Source of the DNA: a virus
IMG/VR virus record: IMGVR_UViG_3300021960_006131
Location: 1 to 64,000 of that record
DNA length: 64,000 nucleotides
Reading direction: 5' to 3' (one strand)
Shown: in pieces, positions 25,539-34,952 of the stretch
Numbering within the stretch: position 1 is the first letter of the stretch
Layout of the letters: every line of letters begins with the position of its first letter
The notes under the pieces: generated by a model
The model's database searches: none
What the model was told of the DNA's origin: nothing
What the model saw: the letters and a program-made list of their open reading frames with translations, nothing else
Program-made: the position numbers and the translations under genes

Positions 25539-27077
25539 ATGCGTATTCTTGGTTTAAGTTTTTTATTTCATGATGCCGCCGCCACTGTTATTGAGGATGG
25601 CGAAATTCTGTATGCTTCGCATTCTGAAAGATATAGCAAATACAAAAACGATCCTTTTTTAAATCACAAAATGATTGCTGACTGCTTAAAGTTTGGCAAG
25701 CCTGATGTAATTGTATTACACGAAAAGCCATGGGTAAAGAAACTAAGAAATCTTTACGCAGGTAATTGGAGAGCATTGTTAGAACCAACAATGCAAAAAT
25801 GGATCAAAGATTTTTTCCCAGAGTTACATGGCATACCAATTAAGACTTATTGGCATCATGAAACACATGCCGCCGCTGGTGTAATGACTAGTAACTTTGA
25901 TGAGTGTGCTGTTATCTGTATCGATGCTATAGGCGAGTTTGATACCGCTACAACATGGCATTGGAATAAAGGTAACCTTAAGAAAATACATAGCACAAAG
26001 TTTCCTAGCAGTTTAGGATTATTTTATAGTGCCATGACTGCTCATGTAGGATTAAAACCTATGGAAGACGAGTATGTGTTAATGGGCATGGCCGCATATG
26101 GTAAACCTATTTACGAAACTGCTATGCATGAAGAATTTTTTGTAGATGCTGATTGTAAAGAACCAGCAAATGTTATTGAGATGACAAAAAATTTACAAAA
26201 GGGTGTACCTGCTGATTATTTAGGTAGAGATAAAAGTGTATTAATAGACGAGTGGGGTCATCATAGTTTAGATTATAATATTGCCGCTAGTGCTCAGGCT
26301 GTAGCAGAAAAACGTATATTTGAATATGCCAGACATGCTTTAATAAAAACAAACAGCAAAAATTTAGTATTCATGGGCGGGTGTGCTTTAAATTGTGTTG
26401 CTAACGGTAATCTATTTAAGTTATTTGAAAACGTACACATAATGCCTAACCCAGGCGATGCTGGTAGCAGTTTAGGTGCCGCCGCTTTACATTACTATAA
26501 TGTAACTGGTAATAAAGTAAATTGGACAGGGGCATACTTAGGTAATAGTATCCGTGGCGATTATCCTATAAAAAAATCACTGGCAAGTTTATTGAAAGGT
26601 GAGATATTTGGTATAGCAAATGGCCGTGCAGAGTTTGGTCCAAGAGCATTAGGTAATAGAACATTATGTGCTGATCCAAGAGGCAATAAAATTAAAGATG
26701 CTGTAAACAAAATCAAACGTAGACAAGAGTTTAGGCCTTTTGCTCCAATTATACTAGAAGAACATGTACACGACTATTTTGAAATGCCAGGGCACATTAG
26801 TAATGCTCCATATATGCAATTTGTAGCAAGATGTAAAAAGCCAAAAGAATTTCCAGCAATAGTTCATGCAGATGGTACAAGCAGAGTACAAACAGTTAAT
26901 GAAACAGAACATCCTGACTTGTATGAACTAATGACACAATTTTATAACGAGACAGGTTGCCCAATGATACTGAACACTAGTTTAAATATCAAAGGAATGC
27001 CTATAGTCAATGATGAGAAAGATGCCGCAGACTTCGAAGAAAAATACAACGTCCCAGTCCACACTAAGGACGATTAA
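25539..27077 (+). CDS. carbamoyltransferase (NodU/CmcH/TobZ family)
   Basis: 'HDAAA...ERYSK.K', 'HHETHAA', 'DAIGE', 'GGCALNC', 'EFGPRALGNR', 'RPFAP', 'HADGTSRVQTV', 'LNTSLN'. Confidence 0.95.
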   Translation: MRILGLSFLFHDAAATVIEDGEILYASHSERYSKYKNDPFLNHKMIADCLKFGKPDVIVLHEKPWVKKLRNLYAGNWRALLEPTMQKWIKDFFPELHGIPIKTYWHHETHAAAGVMTSNFDECAVICIDAIGEFDTATTWHWNKGNLKKIHSTKFPSSLGLFYSAMTAHVGLKPMEDEYVLMGMAAYGKPIYETAMHEEFFVDADCKEPANVIEMTKNLQKGVPADYLGRDKSVLIDEWGHHSLDYNIAASAQAVAEKRIFEYARHALIKTNSKNLVFMGGCALNCVANGNLFKLFENVHIMPNPGDAGSSLGAAALHYYNVTGNKVNWTGAYLGNSIRGDYPIKKSLASLLKGEIFGIANGRAEFGPRALGNRTLCADPRGNKIKDAVNKIKRRQEFRPFAPIILEEHVHDYFEMPGHISNAPYMQFVARCKKPKEFPAIVHADGTSRVQTVNETEHPDLYELMTQFYNETGCPMILNTSLNIKGMPIVNDEKDAADFEEKYNVPVHTKDD

Positions 27078-27255
27078 GAAAAAGTTGCAAGGTAAGTGTA
27101 CTACCTGTGGTGGTACTTTGCCAGATCATATTGGTGTATGTCCTGTATGGGGAGAAGAGATATTGCGTAAATATGACAAAATTGATATGGAGGTAGAACA
27201 TATTAGTACAGTGGTGCAAAGAGTAGTAGACGAGTTAGAAGAAAGATATGTATGA
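27010..27255 (+). CDS. small protein with CxxC...H...C motif and coiled coil
   Basis: 'CTTCGG..PDH..VCP'; start uncertain. Confidence 0.55.
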   Translation: MMRKMPQTSKKNTTSQSTLRTIKKKLQGKCTTCGGTLPDHIGVCPVWGEEILRKYDKIDMEVEHISTVVQRVVDELEERYV

Positions 27256-30200
27256 TATATTTTACATAGGAGAAAACGTGAGCCTAAAGGATAATTATCC
27301 TTTTGCTAAACAAGTCTCTAGTGAAGAAAACATTAAACCTAAAACTGCATTATATTGGTTAGTAGAGCCTAACACAGAAATACTAGACTTTAGTGTACTT
27401 GAATTTGTGCCTAAAGATTACGACAGCCAATATGAACATATATGGAAATGGAGTAACAACAATTACGGTGGTATAAGATTACTGCCCAAAAAAGTTTCTA
27501 TAGGCGTAAAAGAAATTAATCAAGTTGTATGTAAGAAAAAATTCAATATTCTAAGTACAACCACTCCAGAGGATTATTTTGAGCACCACCCTTACGCAAC
27601 TCATGTTTGGTGTGTTGATCCTGAATACAAATTAACAGATGATATTAATTGGGCACCAGATAATTTTGAGCCTACGTTTATACACAGTTTCCATTTAAAA
27701 GGCCAACTAGAACATAAGTATCCAGAAAAGGAAGGCGGCATAAAGTTGTTTCCAAATGATTGGAAAAATGCAGAAACAAAATATCATAATTTCTTAGATG
27801 CAAATGTTACATATCCTATACTTTATGTTAAAGATGTAAACGATATGCAACAAAGAGACATACTCGATGATGACTATGTTTGGCTAGTTGATTTAGAACA
27901 TAAAACAAATGTTAAAACATTTGATTGGGTGCCAAATCCATTTGAGCAAGATTACATACACAATTTTAAAATGCCGTACCAACTCACAGAAAAGTATCCA
28001 CAGGATATGGGCGGAATAAATTTAGTGCCAAAAGATTGGCAAAGTGCAGATGTAAAAATACATCCTGACTGCCCTATTGAAGATGAAAACTATGATGTGT
28101 TTTACACTAACAAACCTTTTGATGCAGATACTTTTGAATTCTATGCAAAGCGATCAGACACAGATTGGTTGTGGGTAATAGATAGAGAATATGACTTCAA
28201 TGGCAAGTTGCTATATGTTCCTGCTGAACACGAAGAAGATTATATACATGTTTTCAAATGGGGATTAGAACATAGGTACGATCCTGAAGTTACAGAAGTT
28301 TGGGATAATAGAGTTGCCGGCATATATCTTGTAAATAAAAAATTTGATGTAACAAAGAAAAAACTACACACTGATATAGTCCCCATTAGATACGATGTTT
28401 ACTTTACAGATAATATAAATGACTATGGCACTTATGCTCGTAAAAGCAGAACTGATGCATTTTGGCTTGTTGACAGTGAACACAAAATAAGCGAAGTATT
28501 TACATGGGTACCACCTTATAGTGAACAAGGCTATATAAACATTTTTAAATTACCAGGGCAATTACAACATAAGTACCCACTCAGTATTACAAATGTAAGT
28601 GATAATAGATGTGGCGGTATAAAACTTGTACCTAAAAACTATAACGAAGAAGAATTAAAGTACCAAGGTGCTCTTACTGAAGTAGAATTAATAGAATATG
28701 AAAAATTTGATACTATTGAAGAAGGCAGAGAAAAATCTAAACACAAATGGTTTTGGGTTATTGACACTGATGTAGATATTGAAGAAAACTTTGATTTTGA
28801 TTTTGTGCCTGATACATGGGACGAAGGAAAACAACATGTGTGGCAAAAACTTAATCCTATAACTGGTAAACAGTATGACTATGGTGGTGTAAGTTTAAAT
28901 CCAAAAGAACCACAAACAAAAGGCAGACCAAAATACATTAGAGAAATTTGCAGTACGCAAAAAGAATATCCTGTTTACACAATGACAGCAGATGATGTTG
29001 CAAACGGTGTAGCGGAGTTTTATAAAAAATGTGCTGAAAGCACAGAAACAAAAATGTTTTGGGTAGTAGACTATTGTGTACAAATCTGTGAATCGTTCGA
29101 CTTTAGTTACTACCCAACTCAGTGGGATATAAAAAATGTTCATGTGTGGCAAAATGAAAATGGCGACCACACAGATGTTAGACTATGTCCCACTAACCTA
29201 TTTTTAAACAATAACTTTACAGAAAAAGAAATAGTCAATAACACTTTTGATGAACTGAAATTAATGCCTAAACAAGCAAGTGAAATGCCACAATGGAATG
29301 TGTATGCATTTGATGATACACCACTTAAACAACAATTAATTGACTTTGCTGAACAGGATAATAATGCATACTTTTGGACTGTTGATGCTAATGTTGACAC
29401 ATATGATAACTGGAATGCCAAGTATAAACCTGCTGTAGAAAACGCAGATAAAGTACATGTATGGCAAAAACTTAATCCAAGAACAGGTAAAGTACATGCA
29501 TATGGTGGTGTAAGACTGTGGCCAAACCCCTTCTTAGACGTATTTAAAACGTCTTACAGCAGTGATGATATCAAGTATAGTAAAACATCTAGGGGTAAGT
29601 TACAATACGTTAAAGACGCTCTAAGTGTGTCTAAGCCATACGATATAGTGTTCCTATCATACAAAGAAGCGGGGTCTACGACTGCATATGAGCGTCTTAC
29701 AGCAAGGTTTGATGCAACCTGGGTCAAAGACATTAAAGGCATATTTAATGCACACAAAGAGGCGGCAAATAGGGTTAAAAGCGATATGTTTTGGGTAGTA
29801 GATGCTGATGCTGACATATCAGAAGACTTTGATTTTAGTTATATACCTGATGTGTATGACGAAGAAGTAGTTCATGTATGGGCAAGTAAAAACCCTGTGA
29901 CTGGCGAAGAATACGGATACGGTGGTGTTAAACTGTTCAACACAGAACAAGTACTCGAAGCAACTAGTTGGGGATTAGACTTTACTACCGGACTTAGTAA
30001 TCGTTTTAAAGCAATGCCACAAGTAAGTTGTGTTACTAGGTTTAATACAGACGCCTTTAGTACTTGGCGTAGTGCCTTTAGGGAATGTGTTAAATTAACA
30101 CTTAGTAATGACCCGGATAGCGAGGCTAGATTAAATAGTTGGTTAAATCCACAAGTATATGCAGACTTTGTAGAAGATGCAATAAAAGGTGCAGAACAAG

Positions 30201-30292
30201 GAAAACAATTCGCTTTAGCAAATAATAATAATCCAACTGAATTAAATAAAATTAATGACTACGATTGGTTAGAGGAACAATGGAAAGCATAG
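27248..30292 (+). CDS. 1014-aa protein built of nine tandem GT-A-like modules
   Basis: Nine W-x-[VI]-[DE] and nine GG[IV]xL-type motifs; last module has DxD 'VVDAD' and resembles 37078-38040. Confidence 0.7.
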   Translation: MYDIFYIGENVSLKDNYPFAKQVSSEENIKPKTALYWLVEPNTEILDFSVLEFVPKDYDSQYEHIWKWSNNNYGGIRLLPKKVSIGVKEINQVVCKKKFNILSTTTPEDYFEHHPYATHVWCVDPEYKLTDDINWAPDNFEPTFIHSFHLKGQLEHKYPEKEGGIKLFPNDWKNAETKYHNFLDANVTYPILYVKDVNDMQQRDILDDDYVWLVDLEHKTNVKTFDWVPNPFEQDYIHNFKMPYQLTEKYPQDMGGINLVPKDWQSADVKIHPDCPIEDENYDVFYTNKPFDADTFEFYAKRSDTDWLWVIDREYDFNGKLLYVPAEHEEDYIHVFKWGLEHRYDPEVTEVWDNRVAGIYLVNKKFDVTKKKLHTDIVPIRYDVYFTDNINDYGTYARKSRTDAFWLVDSEHKISEVFTWVPPYSEQGYINIFKLPGQLQHKYPLSITNVSDNRCGGIKLVPKNYNEEELKYQGALTEVELIEYEKFDTIEEGREKSKHKWFWVIDTDVDIEENFDFDFVPDTWDEGKQHVWQKLNPITGKQYDYGGVSLNPKEPQTKGRPKYIREICSTQKEYPVYTMTADDVANGVAEFYKKCAESTETKMFWVVDYCVQICESFDFSYYPTQWDIKNVHVWQNENGDHTDVRLCPTNLFLNNNFTEKEIVNNTFDELKLMPKQASEMPQWNVYAFDDTPLKQQLIDFAEQDNNAYFWTVDANVDTYDNWNAKYKPAVENADKVHVWQKLNPRTGKVHAYGGVRLWPNPFLDVFKTSYSSDDIKYSKTSRGKLQYVKDALSVSKPYDIVFLSYKEAGSTTAYERLTARFDATWVKDIKGIFNAHKEAANRVKSDMFWVVDADADISEDFDFSYIPDVYDEEVVHVWASKNPVTGEEYGYGGVKLFNTEQVLEATSWGLDFTTGLSNRFKAMPQVSCVTRFNTDAFSTWRSAFRECVKLTLSNDPDSEARLNSWLNPQVYADFVEDAIKGAEQGKQFALANNNNPTELNKINDYDWLEEQWKA

Positions 30293-30981
30293 TATTAAAT
30301 AGTTGGAAAGAAGTGACAGAGTATATTGACGGTGGCTTTTGGCAACCTACTCCTAGTTACTTTGAACACATTGTTCAGCATGGTAATTACTATCCACAAC
30401 ATGCTTTCAGCAAAGGACAATTGGCAAGTAAGAGTTGGTTACTTGGTAAACTGCATTTAAAAACAAATTTTTCGCCTGATGCTGACCCTATACCAAATGA
30501 ACTTACTGTTGCTATTTTAGGCAGTTGGATCGGTGCTCTAGTAGAACCATTGCATAAAACATTTAATATATTACGTTTATATGGAATTGACACAGATGCT
30601 GAAGCAATAGAAAAGTCAGAAAAACTTAATAGACAATTTGTACAAGATGAATGGAAATACAAAGGGGTAGTACATGATGTTGATTTACTAGATTGCGGCG
30701 AAATGGAATTTCAAACTGGTGGTGAATTAATACAATGCAAACCTAATTGGATTATTAATACCAGTTGCGAACATATGAGTACACTATGGTATGATAGTGT
30801 AGACAGTGATCAACTTATAATTATGCAAACAAATAATTCAGAAGAGTTTGAAGGACACGTTAATACTTGCAAAGATGTAAAAGAAATGCAAGAAAAATAT
30901 CCATTGTCTAAGACACTTTATGTGGGAGAGTTAGTTACTCCAGCATATACTCGTTTTATGCAAATTGGTTATAAACCTTAA
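30280..30981 (+). CDS. class I SAM-dependent methyltransferase-like protein
   Basis: 'GQLASKSWL', motif I 'AILGSWIG', 'GIDTD', 'INTSCEHM'; GAGG RBS before ATG 30280. Confidence 0.7.
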   Translation: MESIVLNSWKEVTEYIDGGFWQPTPSYFEHIVQHGNYYPQHAFSKGQLASKSWLLGKLHLKTNFSPDADPIPNELTVAILGSWIGALVEPLHKTFNILRLYGIDTDAEAIEKSEKLNRQFVQDEWKYKGVVHDVDLLDCGEMEFQTGGELIQCKPNWIINTSCEHMSTLWYDSVDSDQLIIMQTNNSEEFEGHVNTCKDVKEMQEKYPLSKTLYVGELVTPAYTRFMQIGYKP

Positions 30982-31148
30982 AACAAAGTCCACAAATAAT
31001 AAAAAAATGCATATCCTATAATTATTGGTATCCAGTACGCAATATTAAATAATACAGTAAATGTACCACTAATTAATGCAATTACACCATCTAAACCACC
31101 AAAGTATAAAAAGGTTAAAGCAAGAATAACTATTAAGAATGTAAACAT
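30978..31148 (-). CDS. 56-aa very hydrophobic membrane protein, not in ORF track
   Basis: MFTFLIVILALTFLYFGGLDGVIALISGTFTVLFNIAYWIPIIIGYAFFYYLWTLF*; TTGTAGGAG RBS and its own consensus promoter. Confidence 0.75.
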   Translation of the reverse strand: MFTFLIVILALTFLYFGGLDGVIALISGTFTVLFNIAYWIPIIIGYAFFYYLWTLF

Positions 31149-31177
31149 AAATCTCCTACAATTTTTATTACTCTTAT

Positions 31178-31206
31178 ATTATAGTAAATTTTGAGATGTT
31201 TGTCAA
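31178..31206 (-). promoter_or_regulatory. sigma70-type early promoter (perfect consensus)
   Basis: TTGACA(31206-31201)-17 bp-TATAAT(31183-31178), with the same GG prefix as most of the + strand promoters. Confidence 0.9.
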
Positions 31207-31207
31207 C

Positions 31208-32626
31208 CTATCTTTGATTATGTTTTGGGTCTGGTCTATTCCACCAACTCCATAATTCAGGATGTTGGCAATAGATATCATTTATTGTTAAACGGCCATC
31301 TTGCCCGTCTTTTCTGATTGCTTGAATAATTTGTTGATACTTACGACCATTAAAGAATTGATCGTTTGCTGTATCAGGCCATTGCTCTTGGAATGTTGGC
31401 GATTCAAGTAGTCCTTCTAGTTCGCGAATTAATGTTTTTTGCTTGTCAGTTACTCTGGGCCTACAGTAATCTAATAAGTCATTTACTATTTCGTCAAGTA
31501 TGTGCCTAGGCCATGCCATTGGTGATAATACTATATCTGCATGGAAGGCAAACATTCGTTTTGTTTCTATTTTAACATCTAGTTCTAGTGCATAATCTAA
31601 AAAGTTTTTGATATCAAATAAACCTGGACCTGTAATTGTTAAGTCCATTATCATTTTATCATTGCCACCTGGTAGTGCTACACCCTCTCTAAAGTTTCTA
31701 TCCCATTCTTCCCAATTAAGTCCTGTTCTAATAAACTCACCTATTGGTCCTGTGCCGTCAATACTAGCACACATAGTCCAGTCTTTTGCTTGTGGTAACC
31801 AATCATATAAGTAATAGTCTTTGTATCTTACTCTACTTAGGTTACTATTATATCTTAAATGAACTTTGTGTAAATTATTATCTGCTTGTAGTCTATCCAT
31901 TGACTTCCAGTGTATATCATACATAAGTGGTTCACCTCCTACCCAGTATAATTCTTCAACTGTGCCCGATTTGATATATTCCCAAAACTCTTCTTCAACT
32001 ACTTCCTTTTGGAACTTTTCGATAATCTTCTTATTCTCGGGGACCATGAATGGTTGTTGTTCAGGAGTCCAAAGGTCGTGTTTCCTTTTTTCCGTTTCCC
32101 AACTGCTACTGAGTTGTTCGCCACACATACGGCATTTAAAATTGCATAAATTACTATACCTATAATCAAAAGAGATAGGTTCCATTGTAGTATATCCATT
32201 TTCGTCTGTCTCCTCAAAACATTGATCTATTTTGTTGTTAAATAAAAATCCTGTAAACCATTGACGATATGTACTGTTACTTAATAAACTGTCATTGCAC
32301 ACATCACATTGTGGTATCTTTTCGCCTGCCATAAGTTTTTTTCTTATGTCCATCATATAGGGTGAGTTCCAGTGTTCTTTTAAACTCACAGGCTTATAGT
32401 CAGCAATAGTACCTGATTCTTTTACTTCTCCATACTTTTCGTCATTACTTGCATCTATGTACTGTTTTTGAAATTGATGTTCTTCCCTACTTGCACAACA
32501 CATACGCCTTTCACTTTGTGGTGAAATATATGTGTGAGTCCAAGGAGCAGTACAAAATACTTTGTTAGGTGAATCTGGACTTACAGAACCATGTTCCCAA
32601 ATTGGTTTTATTTTACTCACTATCAA
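31208..32626 (-). CDS. radical SAM enzyme with N-terminal SPASM/Twitch-like domain
   Basis: CNFKCRMC, GGEP, 'ASIDG'; N-terminal CTAPWTH / MCC / CDVC. Confidence 0.9.
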   Translation of the reverse strand: MIVSKIKPIWEHGSVSPDSPNKVFCTAPWTHTYISPQSERRMCCASREEHQFQKQYIDASNDEKYGEVKESGTIADYKPVSLKEHWNSPYMMDIRKKLMAGEKIPQCDVCNDSLLSNSTYRQWFTGFLFNNKIDQCFEETDENGYTTMEPISFDYRYSNLCNFKCRMCGEQLSSSWETEKRKHDLWTPEQQPFMVPENKKIIEKFQKEVVEEEFWEYIKSGTVEELYWVGGEPLMYDIHWKSMDRLQADNNLHKVHLRYNSNLSRVRYKDYYLYDWLPQAKDWTMCASIDGTGPIGEFIRTGLNWEEWDRNFREGVALPGGNDKMIMDLTITGPGLFDIKNFLDYALELDVKIETKRMFAFHADIVLSPMAWPRHILDEIVNDLLDYCRPRVTDKQKTLIRELEGLLESPTFQEQWPDTANDQFFNGRKYQQIIQAIRKDGQDGRLTINDIYCQHPELWSWWNRPDPKHNQR

Positions 32627-33248
32627 ATCCTATATGTATTGTATCTCTATGATTTTCTGTTGGAAAATTTATTCTGTGTAATTGTCTTGCTCTAAATATT
32701 ACAGCAGTACCAGGAGTGCCATTATAAAACTTACCAGGTATGTCGCTTACACAAGAATATTTATTTTTTATTTCACTATATGATTTATCAGCGATGTATG
32801 TTAAGTCTTCTTCCATACATACAGCACCGTTACTTTCGTTCACATCATTTAAATAAATTATCATTTTAATTCTGTTTTCTGGTTGGTAAGTATCAGCATG
32901 CCAAAACAATGAAGGCCAGCCGCCTGATAAAAGTTGTTTGTGTTCAGACTGATCAAATTCAACATCTGGTATTCTTGAACCCCACAAATAGGCATTTGAC
33001 ATTTCTGGCACAGGATACATTCTCTCCATTCTGAACTCTTTTATATTACCAGGTATCCATTCTTCTATAATTTTATATTCGTGAAGCATATTAAATTGAT
33101 CTATATTACTAAAAAGATCAATAGCAGGCATATTATTGAATTGCAATTCGCTTGTTAATTGAATTTTGTGATACAATTTATACAAATTTATTAAAATAGC
33201 ATTTGGGATTTTAAAACAATATGGTTTGCCTTTGTCTGGTATTTGCAT
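32613..33248 (-). CDS. phytanoyl-CoA dioxygenase-like 2OG-Fe(II) enzyme
   Basis: 'WHAD', 'IYLNDV..SNGA', 'GTAVIF....LHR', 'R'. Confidence 0.75.
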   Translation of the reverse strand: MQIPDKGKPYCFKIPNAILINLYKLYHKIQLTSELQFNNMPAIDLFSNIDQFNMLHEYKIIEEWIPGNIKEFRMERMYPVPEMSNAYLWGSRIPDVEFDQSEHKQLLSGGWPSLFWHADTYQPENRIKMIIYLNDVNESNGAVCMEEDLTYIADKSYSEIKNKYSCVSDIPGKFYNGTPGTAVIFRARQLHRINFPTENHRDTIHIGFDSE

Positions 33249-33256
33249 ATCAATAG

Positions 33257-34942
33257 TTATTGTGTTCCACCTAAGCCATCATTATCAGTGTCCCATCCTA
33301 TACTACTGCCTGCTTTCTTTTTAAAATCAGGCTCGTCCGCATACTTGTCATCATCGTAATCATCTTGGCTTTCACCGGTTTGGCGTCTGTCTTTTCTGTT
33401 TTCAGTTCTGTCTCGGACATCTATAACTTGCACTACACCATCTTCATCAACTTCTCTGTGTGCATATATTTCTACAGCACGTTCGCCTTTGGGTTTTTGA
33501 ATATCTTCTTCCTCAACCTCTAATGGTCTAACTTCTAAACTGTCATACCATTCTACTAAGTTAGGGAATGTTTTTCTAAAATCCTTTCCTCTTCTTACAT
33601 CATACTGATCATAAAAAACTTTAAAGTCATGTTCTAACTTCCATCTATCAGCAGTATTTCTATGAGGTGTTTTAACAACGTCTAAGTATTCTATTAGTCT
33701 ACTTAGTTGATCTGCTTCCCAAGATTGTACTAATGCTCTGCCTGTGCCGTCGACTTCATTCTTTTCTTGTACTTTTCTATGCCATGCTAATAATTGATCG
33801 TGGTACTTTGATCTTAAATGATCTGGAAGTGTTAATGCACTTTGAAAACTTGGAAAACGCAATATGTTTACACTAAAACTTGGCTTATTATGACCAAACT
33901 CTCTTTTAAGTTCTAAAACCCAATCTAAAAATTCTACCATGCTGTCTAAACACAATGCATTAATAGTCATCATCATATGAAAGCCTTCTATTTTACCTTC
34001 TCTTAACATCTTAACACAATTTTGACTAAACTGCGGAAAATCTAATCCATCTCTAATGTACTCCCCTTGAGCACCAAAAGCCTCGCCACTTGTATATAAA
34101 TGAAAACGTTCAACGTGTTGAGTTGCTTCTGCAAGTTTTGTTATTAGTGTATCCTTTGCACCCAAGTTACTGTTAATTGCATAACGCATTTTCTTTGCAT
34201 TAGGATGAATGTCACCGTTTTCTTTGAACCAATCAAATAGTCCCCAAACACTAGCACTCATTGTAGGCTCGCCGCCTGTGATTCTTAATTCGTCTAGTTC
34301 TAAACTTAGTTCAGGCCACCATTCCCAAAATGCTTTCACATAAGGATTCTCTTCGTCTTTTTCAAATGGATCGGCGTAAGGAGCATCATCTATAAAATGC
34401 CCTCTTGCATCACTTCTAATATTTGAGTAACCGCCATTAGTTCTTATGTCTTTTACCCATGTAGAGGAGAATGCTGGGTTACAATAACTACATGCAAACT
34501 GACATGTTCTATCAAAAGCAATTTCTAAAGTTTTTAAGTTTACATCTTCTGCTGGATCCATGTTTGCAATTCGTTGCAATTCTGCATCACTGTAAATATG
34601 TGTTTTAAATGTCCTATCGCTGACAGGTCTACTGCCATCAGCATCTTTTTCCATGTCTTCAATTTTCCAGCAATATTCACATTCCTTAGGTCTTGTGCCT
34701 TCTAACATCATTTGACGCATTTTCTTTTTGTGTCGAGTGTTATGAATTGCACTTGGATTAGTTTTTATTTCTTCTTTATCAATGTTATGTGCAGGGGGAT
34801 GGTGGCAACTTGCTGTGCCTCCGTGTCCTAGCCAAATAGTTGCATTGTACCATTTAGCACCACAAAACGAATCTGATATCGGATCAATTACTCTTGTTCT
34901 ATAGTCATCAAATGATTCATTCGGTTGTCTACCTTTACTCAT
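33257..34942 (-). CDS. radical SAM enzyme with N-terminal Cys/His domain and acidic C-terminal extension
   Basis: CQFACSYC, 'TGGEP'; N-terminal CGAKW / SCHHP / CEYCW. Confidence 0.9.
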   Translation of the reverse strand: MSKGRQPNESFDDYRTRVIDPISDSFCGAKWYNATIWLGHGGTASCHHPPAHNIDKEEIKTNPSAIHNTRHKKKMRQMMLEGTRPKECEYCWKIEDMEKDADGSRPVSDRTFKTHIYSDAELQRIANMDPAEDVNLKTLEIAFDRTCQFACSYCNPAFSSTWVKDIRTNGGYSNIRSDARGHFIDDAPYADPFEKDEENPYVKAFWEWWPELSLELDELRITGGEPTMSASVWGLFDWFKENGDIHPNAKKMRYAINSNLGAKDTLITKLAEATQHVERFHLYTSGEAFGAQGEYIRDGLDFPQFSQNCVKMLREGKIEGFHMMMTINALCLDSMVEFLDWVLELKREFGHNKPSFSVNILRFPSFQSALTLPDHLRSKYHDQLLAWHRKVQEKNEVDGTGRALVQSWEADQLSRLIEYLDVVKTPHRNTADRWKLEHDFKVFYDQYDVRRGKDFRKTFPNLVEWYDSLEVRPLEVEEEDIQKPKGERAVEIYAHREVDEDGVVQVIDVRDRTENRKDRRQTGESQDDYDDDKYADEPDFKKKAGSSIGWDTDNDGLGGTQ

Positions 34943-34952
34943 CTTTTCTCCT

